Shown: positions 9,797 through 18,574 of the stretch, piece after piece
Numbering within the stretch: the first letter of the stretch is position 1
Layout: every line of letters starts with the position of its first letter
Assembly: GCA_050015475.1 (NCBI GenBank)
Contig: JBEKBI010000006.1
Coordinates: forward strand, 7,040-71,039
Source: Acidimicrobiales bacterium
GTDB taxonomy: Bacteria > Actinomycetota > Acidimicrobiia > Acidimicrobiales > Bog-793
DNA length: 64,000 nucleotides
Direction of reading: 5' to 3'
The notes under the pieces: model-generated
Told to the model about the DNA's origin: nothing
The model's database searches: none
Seen by the model: the letters and a program-made list of their open reading frames with translations, nothing else
Translations under genes and position numbers: made by a program

Positions 9797-10417
9797 ATGA
9801 GCGACCAGTCCGACCTGGCCACCACCCAGGCGGAGGTCGCAGGCCGCGTCGACCGGGACCGTGTCAGCCGCGCGGTGCGCGAACTGCTGACTGCGATCGG
9901 CGAGGACCCGGACCGGGAGGGCCTCCAACGCACGCCTGAACGGGTCGCCGCGATGTACGGCGAGTTGTTCGACGAGGCGGGCGAGGACCCGGCAAGGTTC
10001 CTCACGGTCACATTCGCGGCCGAGCACGACGAGATGGTGATGGTCCGCGACATCCCCTTCGCGTCGCTGTGCGAGCACCACCTGGTGCCCTTCCTCGGCA
10101 AGGCCCACGTGGCGTACATCCCGAGCAAGGACGGGCGAATCACCGGCCTGTCGAAGCTGGCGCGCGTCGTCGACGCCGCCGCGAAGCGCCTCCAGGTACA
10201 GGAGCGTATGACGGCGCAGATCGCCGAGGCGATCCAAAGGGCGCTCTCACCGAGGGGCGTGCTCGTGGTGATCGAGGCCGAGCATCTGTGCATGTCGATG
10301 CGCGGGGTGCGCAAGCCCGGGACGGTGACAGTTACTTCGGCGGTACGCGGGCTGTTCAGGACAGATCCGGCCACCCGGGCGGAAGCCATGGGGCTCGTGC
10401 GAGGCAGGGGATACTGA
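9797..10417 (+). CDS. folE: GTP cyclohydrolase I
   Basis: [31 protein letters not shown]. Confidence 0.96.
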   Translation: MSDQSDLATTQAEVAGRVDRDRVSRAVRELLTAIGEDPDREGLQRTPERVAAMYGELFDEAGEDPARFLTVTFAAEHDEMVMVRDIPFASLCEHHLVPFLGKAHVAYIPSKDGRITGLSKLARVVDAAAKRLQVQERMTAQIAEAIQRALSPRGVLVVIEAEHLCMSMRGVRKPGTVTVTSAVRGLFRTDPATRAEAMGLVRGRGY

Positions 10418-10434
10418 CCCCCTACTCTGGGGGC

Positions 10435-11238
10435 GTGCTCCCCCTCGTGATGGGCGTGCTCAACGTCACATCCGACTCGTTTTTCGATGGAGGCCGCTAT
10501 CTGGATCACGAGGCTGCGCGGCGCCATGGTCTGGAGATGGTGGCCGAGGGCGCGGACCTGATCGACGTCGGGGGAGAGTCGACACGCCCTGGCGCCACAC
10601 CAGTGCCGGCGGAAGAGGAGATGCGCCGTGTCCTGCCCGTGGTCGAGGCGCTGGCGGGCGAGGTGAGAGTGTCGATCGACACCACCAAGGCGTCGGTGGC
10701 TCATGCGGCCCTGGCGGCGGGGGCAAGTCTCCTCAATGACGTCTCCGCGAGCCTCGCGGAGGTTGCGGCCGAGCATGGGGCCGGTTTTGTCGCCATGCAC
10801 TGCAAGGGGACGCCGGCCGACATGCAACGCGATCCTCACTACTCCAACGTCGTCCACGAGGTGATGGAGTTCCTGGACGAGGCCGTGGCGCGGGCTCGCA
10901 CAGCAGGCGTGGAAGAGGTTTATATCGATCCGGGCATCGGCTTCGGCAAGTCGGTCCGTCACAATCTCCAGCTCTTGGCCGCTCTCCCTAAGTTCGTCGC
11001 AACAGGGATTCCGGTGCTGGTCGGGACGAGTCGCAAGAGTTTCATCGGCCACCTTGGTGCCGGCGGCTCGCCTAGCGGCCGCGTGGGAGATGTCCCGCCC
11101 CTCCCGGTCGACGACAGGCTGGCGGGTTCCCTCGCCTCGGCGGCTTGGGCCATGGCATGCGGGGTGGGCGTGGTGCGAGTGCATGACGTTGCCGCAACCG
11201 CGCAGGCGGTTCGGCTCTTTCGCGAGGTGGCAGCATGA
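10435..11238 (+). CDS. folP: Dihydropteroate synthase
   Basis: MGVLNVTSDSFFDGG, DVGGESTRPG, DPGIGFGK, SRKSF, RVHDV. Confidence 0.95.
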   Translation: MLPLVMGVLNVTSDSFFDGGRYLDHEAARRHGLEMVAEGADLIDVGGESTRPGATPVPAEEEMRRVLPVVEALAGEVRVSIDTTKASVAHAALAAGASLLNDVSASLAEVAAEHGAGFVAMHCKGTPADMQRDPHYSNVVHEVMEFLDEAVARARTAGVEEVYIDPGIGFGKSVRHNLQLLAALPKFVATGIPVLVGTSRKSFIGHLGAGGSPSGRVGDVPPLPVDDRLAGSLASAAWAMACGVGVVRVHDVAATAQAVRLFREVAA

Positions 11239-11867
11239 GGGGACGATGGGCGGCCGGGATCGTGCCGCGGAATTTCTGCTGGATCATTAGGGACCACCTG
11301 GCCGTCAGTGAAAGGCCGGGAGGCTGTGCGCCGAATCACCGCAAGGTCCGCAGGCATGAGGAGCTGCTATGGCTCCGCGCTCAGGAGTTCACGCGGGTCG
11401 TGTCTCTTCTCGGCTCGACTCACAACCTGCACGCCTACGAAGAGCTCGACCTCGAGTGGTCGAGGTTTCCCTTGCAGGGTGGTCCTGACACCGCTGCAGT
11501 CCTGAGCGAGCTGTACCCAGCCTTGTACGACTGGCTCCGAAACGGCGAGTGCGTGCTGCTCCACCAGGAGGAGCTCGGTGACTGCGTCATGGGTGTCGTA
11601 GCCGGTTACCTGCTCTGGAGCGGGATTCTTCCCGATGGTCCTCGGGCCATCACGGCCATGGAGCAACTGCTTCGTCACCAGATGGGTACGGCCGGGCGCA
11701 TGATCGTCAGCGTCGTGGAGGAAGTGCCGCCTTTGGAGACCTCCACCGCGAACGCCGCCGAGCCGGCGCAGGGCAATGCCGAGCTCCCTGAGGACGAGGT
11801 CCCAGATGTCGCCAAACCCGCCCGTTCCAAAGGGAGTGAGGGGACGACCGGTGGTCTTGAAGCATGA
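11235..11867 (+). CDS. Hypothetical protein with degenerate dual-specificity phosphatase-like fold
   Basis: ATGA overlaps with both folP and folB. NFCWII..LAVSERP, FTRVVSLL and VLLHQEELGDC..VAGYLL align with DSP motifs but the CX5R motif is absent. Confidence 0.7.
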   Translation: MRGRWAAGIVPRNFCWIIRDHLAVSERPGGCAPNHRKVRRHEELLWLRAQEFTRVVSLLGSTHNLHAYEELDLEWSRFPLQGGPDTAAVLSELYPALYDWLRNGECVLLHQEELGDCVMGVVAGYLLWSGILPDGPRAITAMEQLLRHQMGTAGRMIVSVVEEVPPLETSTANAAEPAQGNAELPEDEVPDVAKPARSKGSEGTTGGLEA

Positions 11868-12238
11868 ATGACCGAATCGAGCTGCTCGGACTTCGAGTGC
11901 TGGGGCGTCATGGGGCGCTCGAGGGTGAACAGGACACCGCACAGCCCTTCGAGGTCGATCTCGAGGTCGAGGCCGAGCTCGGTGACGCGGCCAGAGACGA
12001 CGACTTGACCAAGACCATCGACTACTCGTTCGTGGTGGAAACGGCGATGTCGATTGTCAGGCAGCACAAGTACCGGCTGCTGGAGGCGCTCGCAGGGGCG
12101 ATAGCCAATGGGATCCTCGAGATTCCCACGGTGACGGCAGTGACCGTCACCGTCCGCAAGCTCAGGCCTCCCGTGGCCGCCGACATGGCGTCGGCGGGAG
12201 TCCGTCTACGGCGGGAGCGCGTCGGCGGGTCTTCATGA
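11864..12238 (+). CDS. folB: Dihydroneopterin aldolase
   Basis: DRIELLGL..GRHG...E....Q.FEVD, TIDY, LLEALA, VRKLRPP. Confidence 0.95.
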   Translation: MNDRIELLGLRVLGRHGALEGEQDTAQPFEVDLEVEAELGDAARDDDLTKTIDYSFVVETAMSIVRQHKYRLLEALAGAIANGILEIPTVTAVTVTVRKLRPPVAADMASAGVRLRRERVGGSS

Positions 12239-12726
12239 GCCACGAGATATTCTTGGGTCTCGGCTCGAACGTGGGAGACCGTCTGGGCTATCTGGAGCTT
12301 GCTCTTGGCGTCCTTTCGGAACTGGACGGGGAGCTGACAGTTTCGCCTGTCTACGAGACAGAACCAATTGGCGGGCCTGAAGGCCAGGGAAAGTACCTGA
12401 ACTGCGTCGTCAGACTGGTGTCCGACCTGAGTGCGCGCCAAATGCTCGATGTCGCCCACGCGCTCGAGGAACTGGCGGGCAGGGTCCGGACCGTGCCGGA
12501 CGGGCCTCGGACGCTCGACGTCGACGTCCTTCTCGTCGGGGACGATCGGATCTGTGAGCCCGGGCTGGAAGTTCCGCACCCTCGAATGTTCGAGCGCGGA
12601 TTCGTCTTGGCGCCGCTAGAGGATCTGGACGCTTCCCGAGTGCCACAGGGTTGGCGCGACCGGCTGGCCAAGCAAGACCCCAGGACCGTCGCAGTGCGGG
12701 TGGTAGGTAGACTCGCCTCACACTGA
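12235..12726 (+). CDS. folK: 2-amino-4-hydroxy-6-hydroxymethyldihydropteridine pyrophosphokinase
   Basis: LGLGSNVGDR, SPVYETEP, YLNCV, GPRTLDVDVL, VPHPRMFERGFVLAPL. Confidence 0.95.
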   Translation: MSHEIFLGLGSNVGDRLGYLELALGVLSELDGELTVSPVYETEPIGGPEGQGKYLNCVVRLVSDLSARQMLDVAHALEELAGRVRTVPDGPRTLDVDVLLVGDDRICEPGLEVPHPRMFERGFVLAPLEDLDASRVPQGWRDRLAKQDPRTVAVRVVGRLASH

Positions 12727-12730
12727 GACA

Positions 12731-12758
12731 CGAACGGCACCTCGACAGGGCTGGAACG
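12731..12758 (+). promoter_or_regulatory. Candidate pan-motif-like RNA hairpin upstream of pantothenate genes
   Basis: CG-AA-CGGC-A-CC-(TCGACA)-GG-GCTG-GAA-CG forms a stem with a bulged A, 13 nt before the panG ATG. Confidence 0.45.
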
Positions 12759-12771
12759 AAAAGAGCTCACC

Positions 12772-13494
12772 ATGACGACGGTTCGCATAATCGGACCCGG
12801 GCGTGTAGGCACATCCTTGGCTCGGGCGCTCCAAGCGGCCGGGGTCGAAGTGGTGGGAGTTCTCGGTCGTGCCGATGATTCGTCTTTCGCCGCCGATGGC
12901 GTGGACGTACTCATCCTTACGGTTCCGGATGGCGCCATCGCGGCCGTTGCTTCGGCAGTACGGCCCGTCGCGGCCACGGTTGTTGCCCATTGTTCCGGGG
13001 CGCTCGGTCCAGAAGTGCTCATAGGTCACGAACGCGCCGCGGCGATGCACCCACTTGTGACGATTCCCGACCCGGCCATTGGCGCCGCGCGCTTGTCGTC
13101 CGGCTGTTACTTCGCGGTGGCCGGGGATCCCGCCGTCTCCGACATCGTCGCGGCTCTTGGCGGGCAGAGGCTGACCATTGCGCCGGATGCGCGAGCGAGG
13201 TACCACGCGGCCGCCTGCATGGCGTCCAACCACCTGGTCGCGCTCCTCGGTCAAGTCGAACGGGTCGCCGCCTCCATCGGCCTTCCTCTCGAGGTGTTCC
13301 TGCCGCTCGCGAAAGGTGCCTTGGACGACGTCGCCCGCGTCGGGCCTGCCGCGGCGCTCACCGGCCCGGTGGCCCGTGAAGACACCGCCACCATCGAGCG
13401 GCACCGCCAAGCGCTCGATCCTGCCGAGCTGGCCGGGTACGACGCAGGCGTGGCCCTCGCGCGTCAGCTGATCAGCGCGGACCGGGAACATTGA
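12772..13494 (+). CDS. Rossmann-like/DUF2520 protein (PanG-type ketopantoate reductase)
   Basis: GPGRVG, LTVPDGAI, HCSGA, MHPL, YHAAACMASN, ALTGPVAR, directly upstream of panC. Confidence 0.85.
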   Translation: MTTVRIIGPGRVGTSLARALQAAGVEVVGVLGRADDSSFAADGVDVLILTVPDGAIAAVASAVRPVAATVVAHCSGALGPEVLIGHERAAAMHPLVTIPDPAIGAARLSSGCYFAVAGDPAVSDIVAALGGQRLTIAPDARARYHAAACMASNHLVALLGQVERVAASIGLPLEVFLPLAKGALDDVARVGPAAALTGPVAREDTATIERHRQALDPAELAGYDAGVALARQLISADREH

Positions 13495-13576
13495 GCGTCT
13501 CGCACCTTTGTCCGACCCAGCAAAGTCCTGCCGTCGTCGTGGCGGGTGGGCTTACGCGAGCAGTCGAAGGCACCCG

Positions 13577-14425
13577 ATGGAGATAGTCACCACTCGGAGC
13601 GAGTTTCGCGCCGCGATGGCCGGCGCGCGCCGACCGGGGTCAACGCTCGGCCTCGTGCCGACGATGGGCGCCCTGCACGAAGGACACCTGTCGTTGCTGA
13701 GGACAGCGGCAGCGAGCTGTGACGCGGTTGCGATGAGCATTTTCGTGAATCCGCTCCAGTTCAGCTCGGCCGACGACTTGGCCAAGTACCCGTCCAGTCT
13801 CGAGCAGGATCTGGCCATGGCCGAAGACGCGGCAGTGGCGATCGCGTTCACGCCGTCGGTCGATGAGATGTACCCGCGTGGGCACGCGACGACGATGGTG
13901 AAACCAGGGCCCATAGGCGCACTGTTGGAAGGCGCGTCGAGGCCAGGCTTCTTCGCCGGCGCGGCGACAGCAGTGGCCAAACTGCTCTCACTTTCAGGCA
14001 GTTGCCGAGCTTTCTTCGGGGAGAAGGACTTCCAGCAACTGGCAATTGTGCGCCAATTGGTGGTGGATCTCGACCTCGAAGCTGAGATCGTGGGATGCCC
14101 GACTGTGCGAGAGGCTGACGGACTGGCATGTTCGAGCCGAAACCGCCGGCTCGGCGCTCAGGACCGGCAGGCGGCGACGGTGCTGTTCCGGGCGCTCACG
14201 GCCGGAGTTTGTGCTGCTGCCAGCGGTGCGCACAGCGTCACTGATCTGGAGGCGACGATGAGGACCGTGGTTGCGGCCGAGCCCCGAGCCAGGTTGGATT
14301 ATGCGGTAGTGGTGGATCCAGCAACTTTCCAAGCGGCGCCGTTCCTGGCCGGTGAGCTCCGGCTCCTCATCGCGGCCGACGTCGGCCCGGTGCGCCTGAT
14401 CGACAACTTGGGAGTGGTCATATGA
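13577..14425 (+). CDS. panC: Pantoate-beta-alanine ligase
   Basis: VPTMGALHEGH, SIFVNPLQF, FGEKDFQQ, ACSSRN, RLIDN. Confidence 0.96.
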   Translation: MEIVTTRSEFRAAMAGARRPGSTLGLVPTMGALHEGHLSLLRTAAASCDAVAMSIFVNPLQFSSADDLAKYPSSLEQDLAMAEDAAVAIAFTPSVDEMYPRGHATTMVKPGPIGALLEGASRPGFFAGAATAVAKLLSLSGSCRAFFGEKDFQQLAIVRQLVVDLDLEAEIVGCPTVREADGLACSSRNRRLGAQDRQAATVLFRALTAGVCAAASGAHSVTDLEATMRTVVAAEPRARLDYAVVVDPATFQAAPFLAGELRLLIAADVGPVRLIDNLGVVI

Positions 14426-14474
14426 CGCCTGCACCTTGCCGTCCACCTTTGCCCGGCGAGATATGCAGATGGGC

Positions 14475-16169
14475 ATGAGTTCGCCTTTCAGGCTCGACGT
14501 TCTCGTCATCGGGAGCGGAGTGGCGGGCCTGTCGGCCGCCGTCCGTCTCGCTCAACTCGGTGGCGCCCGCGTCGGCGTTTTGACCAAGGGAGAGCTCGAG
14601 CAGTCGACGACCCGTTGGGCGCAAGGAGGCATCGCCGCGGTCTTGCCAGGCGACGAGGACTCGACTGACCTTCATCTGGCGGACACGCTTCGCGCCGGCG
14701 CGGGCCTTTGCGACCAAGCCGCCGTCAGAGTGCTCGTTGACGAGGGCTCCGAGCGGGTCCATGAGCTGATAGCGCTTGGCGCGGTTTTCGACCGTGCCCC
14801 TGGGGGAAGCTTGTCGAGGGCGCGGGAGGGTGGGCACTCGACCGCGCGCGTGCTGCACGCGGGCGGCCTGGCCACAGGAGCCGAGGTGGAGAGGGCCTTG
14901 GTGGCGGCTGTGCGCGACAGTGCCGCGGCAATACTCGAAGGGTGGTTCGCCCTCGACCTCATCCAAGACGGGTCCCGTTGCACGGGCGTGGTCGCGCTCG
15001 ACCCCGCTGGGGTGCGTCAAGCTGTCGAGGCATCCCAGGTGGTTCTCGCCTGTGGTGGCGCGGGACAGATGTACTCCGTCACGACGAATCCAGCCGAGGC
15101 GACCGGGGACGGCATCGCCATGGCGCTGCGGGCCGGAGTCCCTGTCGCCGACATGGAATTCGTCCAGTTCCATCCCACAGCGCTCCACCACGAGGCGATG
15201 CCGCGCGTCCTCATTTCCGAGGCTCTTCGCGGTCACGGGGCGGTGTTGCGCGATGGGTCGGGCAATCGCTTCGTCGACGAGTTGCTGCCGCGTGACCTCG
15301 TCAGCCGGGCGATAGCGGTCAAGTTGGCGGAGGAGGGCACCGACCACGTGTGGCTCGACGCGACGGGGCTCGAGGATTTCGCCGGCAGATTCCCCACAAT
15401 TGCTGAGTCCTTGGCGGAGGCGGGATTCGACCCGGTCAATGATTGGCTGCCGGTTGCCCCGGCTGCGCATTACCTGTCCGGCGGGGTGCTCGTGAACCTG
15501 GATTCTGCGACCGCACTTCCTGGGCTCTGGGCCGCGGGCGAGGTCGCCTGCACCGGTGTCCACGGGGCCAACCGGCTGGCCTCCAACTCGTTACTCGAAG
15601 GCATGGTCTTCGGAGCGCGTTGTGTCGACGCCATCTTGTCCGGACGTGACACGCCCGCGCGTACGGGCGCGCTGGCCGGTCTCGGCGACGAGAACGTTGC
15701 CGCGCGACTAGAGCCTGACGCGGCGATGCCTGTCCCAGTCCGCCCGGTCGCCCACTGTGGCTGCGGCGGATTCCATAGTGAGACCCTTGAAGGCAAGGCC
15801 GATTCTGCTGACGTAACTGGCGAGGACGTGGCGGCGCAACGAGCCGTCCTCCAGAACGCGATGACGACTTGGGCAGGTGTTGTCCGGGACGCGGAATCAC
15901 TCGAGCAAGCTGCTGGCGCCGTCGCCGGTGTCGCAGCGAGACTCTCGCCGGCGGTAGACCGTGCCTCAGCCGAGACGAGGAACCTCGCCGACGTCGCGAG
16001 AGCCCTGCTCGAAGGAGCCGTGGAGCGCGAAGAGACGCGGGGATCCCAGGCGCGTTCGGACTTTCCCCAAACCTCGCCGAGTTACCGCTGCAGACTCTCC
16101 CACGGCGCAGGCTTCGGTGGGCCTTCAGCCAGTGATCAACGAGGCGGCTTAGCCAAGAGAGGTCAATGA
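14475..16169 (+). CDS. nadB: L-aspartate oxidase
   Basis: GSGVAG, WAQGGIA, EGGHS, EFVQFHPT, SEALRG, HYLSGG, VHGANRLASNSLLE. Start could be 14463-14475. Confidence 0.93.
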   Translation: MSSPFRLDVLVIGSGVAGLSAAVRLAQLGGARVGVLTKGELEQSTTRWAQGGIAAVLPGDEDSTDLHLADTLRAGAGLCDQAAVRVLVDEGSERVHELIALGAVFDRAPGGSLSRAREGGHSTARVLHAGGLATGAEVERALVAAVRDSAAAILEGWFALDLIQDGSRCTGVVALDPAGVRQAVEASQVVLACGGAGQMYSVTTNPAEATGDGIAMALRAGVPVADMEFVQFHPTALHHEAMPRVLISEALRGHGAVLRDGSGNRFVDELLPRDLVSRAIAVKLAEEGTDHVWLDATGLEDFAGRFPTIAESLAEAGFDPVNDWLPVAPAAHYLSGGVLVNLDSATALPGLWAAGEVACTGVHGANRLASNSLLEGMVFGARCVDAILSGRDTPARTGALAGLGDENVAARLEPDAAMPVPVRPVAHCGCGGFHSETLEGKADSADVTGEDVAAQRAVLQNAMTTWAGVVRDAESLEQAAGAVAGVAARLSPAVDRASAETRNLADVARALLEGAVEREETRGSQARSDFPQTSPSYRCRLSHGAGFGGPSASDQRGGLAKRGQ

Positions 16170-17095
16170 CAGTGCCGGATCCAATTTCACATGACGATGT
16201 TTGTCCACCGATCGTCGCCGTCCGCAAGGCGGTGTCCATCGCTCTCGCCGAGGATCTGCTTCCGCTCGGCGACATCTCGGCGGCACTGATCGAAAAGGGG
16301 AAGCAGGGACGTGCCGCCCTCGCCGCGCGCGCGCCCGGGGTCATCGCGGGAACGAGTTGCGTAGAGCAGACCTGCGCCCAGGTCGACCCCGCCTTGGTGG
16401 TCACTTGGGCGGTGAGCGAGGGAAGTGAGGTTGGCCCGGGTGATTTGATCGGACGGATTGAGGGTCCGATGCGCTCGCTGCTTGTCGCGGAGCGGACGGC
16501 GCTCAACTTTCTCTGTCACCTATCCGGCGTGGCAACCGCGGCGCGCCGGTACGTGGACCTCGCTCGCGCCGCGAACCCGGCGACGCGGGTTTGGGATACG
16601 CGCAAGACCACTCCAGGACTGCGGGCGCTCGAGAAAGCGGCGGTGAGGGCCGGAGGCGCGGCCAACCACAGGGGCAATCTGTCTGAAGGGGTCCTGATCA
16701 AGGACAACCACCTCGGCGGGCTTTCGATCACCGAGGCGGTCGGAAGGGCGCTCGAGCGCTGGCCCGCCCGCATGGTGGAGGTCGAGTGTGACCGCGTCGA
16801 GCAGGTTGCCGAGGCTCTCGACGCCGGAGCGACGCTCGTCATGTGCGACAACATGACCCCCGACGAGGTGCGGGCATGCGTCGAATTGGTGCGCGCCCAT
16901 CCCCGCGGTGCCGCCCGTTCGGTGCTCGTCGAGGCTTCAGGGGGGATCAACCTCGACAACGTCTCTGACTATGCGAGATCCGGAGCGGATGTGATCTCCG
17001 TGGGGGCTCTCACCCATTCGGCGGTGGCGCTCGACATCGGGCTCGATCTCGAGACCGTGTCTTCGTTGCCAGCTGGTGGCACGGGATCGTTGTGA
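16166..17095 (+). CDS. nadC: Nicotinate-nucleotide diphosphorylase (quinolinate phosphoribosyltransferase)
   Basis: ERTALNFL, DTRKTTPG, LIKDNH, EASGGI, ISVGALTHS. Confidence 0.96.
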   Translation: MTVPDPISHDDVCPPIVAVRKAVSIALAEDLLPLGDISAALIEKGKQGRAALAARAPGVIAGTSCVEQTCAQVDPALVVTWAVSEGSEVGPGDLIGRIEGPMRSLLVAERTALNFLCHLSGVATAARRYVDLARAANPATRVWDTRKTTPGLRALEKAAVRAGGAANHRGNLSEGVLIKDNHLGGLSITEAVGRALERWPARMVEVECDRVEQVAEALDAGATLVMCDNMTPDEVRACVELVRAHPRGAARSVLVEASGGINLDNVSDYARSGADVISVGALTHSAVALDIGLDLETVSSLPAGGTGSL

Positions 17096-17173
17096 CGGTG
17101 ACCGAGCGTGCTCGCGGCACTGATCGCGACCGCGGAGCTCGCCTCGGCAGGACCTGACGGAGCTCACCGGGTG

Positions 17174-17569
17174 TCAGGCGAGATGCGAGTCGCGGAGCGC
17201 GTTGAGTGCGCCAATGCTCCTTTCCGCCTGGTCGAAGGGCACGAGAAGGTGGTCGTGGTAGTACCCCGCCAAGACGTTGCAGGAGATGTTCTCGGCCGCC
17301 AGCGCCGCCGCCACCGCGGCGGTCAGGCCGACAGCCTCGAGCGACGAGTGGACCTCCAAGGTGAGCCACGCGGCGACGAACTCCGGGTGGACCCCCAGCC
17401 GCTCGGCGTCGGCCACGAGCATGACGCTCGTTGTGCCCTCATCTTCGACGATCGTGGCGGCGACCGCCGTCCCGGCCGGCACCTCCGAGCCGCTCACCAT
17501 GCACCACCGCCCGGCGCGTTGTCGCACGGTGAGGTGCCTCAGCAGTTCCTCGAGGTCGCGAATCGCCAT
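17174..17569 (-). CDS. ACT-domain protein (DUF2241-like)
   Basis: EDEGTT, LTLEVHSSLEAVGLTAAVA..LA..NISCNVLAGYYHDHLLVP. Confidence 0.85.
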   Translation of the reverse strand: MAIRDLEELLRHLTVRQRAGRWCMVSGSEVPAGTAVAATIVEDEGTTSVMLVADAERLGVHPEFVAAWLTLEVHSSLEAVGLTAAVAAALAAENISCNVLAGYYHDHLLVPFDQAERSIGALNALRDSHLA

Positions 17570-17665
17570 GTTCTAAGTATGTCGCTCGCGTTCCGCCCGC
17601 CGGTCGTGTCGAAGTCCGCAGGCCGCCGGTGACATGCACGGCCCCGTGGTGAGGTAGACAGAGGC

Positions 17666-18574
17666 GTGATGTTGCTTGCGATCGACGTGGGGAACACCCA
17701 GACCGTGATCGGGCTCTTCGAGTCCGCGGCCGCAGACGGGCGGATCAAGGCCACGCGCGACCGAGACGGCTCAGTGCTGGCACCGGCGTCGGACGCTTCA
17801 ATGGATCGCACTCCCCACGAGTTGCCGGGCCTGCTCCACCACTGGCGCGTAGCGACGGTCGCGGAGCGCACAGCCGACGAGTACGCGCTCTTGGTGGGCG
17901 AGCTTCTCCGCTTGGTGGGGCTCGGATTCACGGGCGTGTCGGGCGATGATGGCGTCGACGGGATGGTCCTTTCCTCGTCGGTACCAGACGTGACTTCCGC
18001 GATACGGGACATGGCGCGCGTCTGGTTCAACGTGCCCCTCGTCGTCATCGAGCCCGGGATCAAGACCGGCATTCCGATTCTCTACGACAACCCCAAGGAC
18101 GTTGGCGCGGATCGGGTGGCCAACGCGGTCGGTGCCATCGACCTGTACGGGGGGCCGGCGATAGTGGTGGATATGGGCACGGCGACCACGTTTGACGCCA
18201 TCTCGGGCGCGGGGGAGTACCTGGGCGGCGCCATCACACCCGGCATCGAAATCAGCATGGACGCCCTTTTCGAGCATGCCGCCGCCCTGCGGCGCGTGGC
18301 GCTTGTGGAGCCCCGGAACGTCATCGGGAAGTCGACTGTCGAGTCGATCCAGTCCGGTGCGGTGTACGGGTACACCGGTCTCGTTGACGCGATGTGTCGC
18401 CGCTTCTCGGCTGAGATCGGCCCGTCCGCGATCATCGCTACGGGCGGGCTCGCCGGGCTCATCACGCCGCTGTCGGAGATGATCCAACACCACGAGCCAT
18501 GGCTCACTTTGCACGGACTCCGCCTCGTGTTCGAGCGCAGCGCGGCGCGAGATGAGAGTGGGAGGACCAAGTGA
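17666..18574 (+). CDS. coaX: Type III pantothenate kinase
   Basis: LAIDVGNTQT, VGADRVAN, VDMGTATTFD, YLGGAITPG, ATGGLA. Confidence 0.95.
   Translation: MMLLAIDVGNTQTVIGLFESAAADGRIKATRDRDGSVLAPASDASMDRTPHELPGLLHHWRVATVAERTADEYALLVGELLRLVGLGFTGVSGDDGVDGMVLSSSVPDVTSAIRDMARVWFNVPLVVIEPGIKTGIPILYDNPKDVGADRVANAVGAIDLYGGPAIVVDMGTATTFDAISGAGEYLGGAITPGIEISMDALFEHAAALRRVALVEPRNVIGKSTVESIQSGAVYGYTGLVDAMCRRFSAEIGPSAIIATGGLAGLITPLSEMIQHHEPWLTLHGLRLVFERSAARDESGRTK

Noticed and set aside
9415-11184. 589-aa antisense ORF over hpt/folE/folP
   Set aside because: Typical high-GC shadow frame with no motifs, while the sense genes are unambiguous.
17142-17152. 11-bp match (CCTCGGCAGGA) to the tRNA-Arg 3' region, a possible att site
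   Set aside because: Too short for GC-rich DNA, no integrase, and the intervening DNA is core genes.
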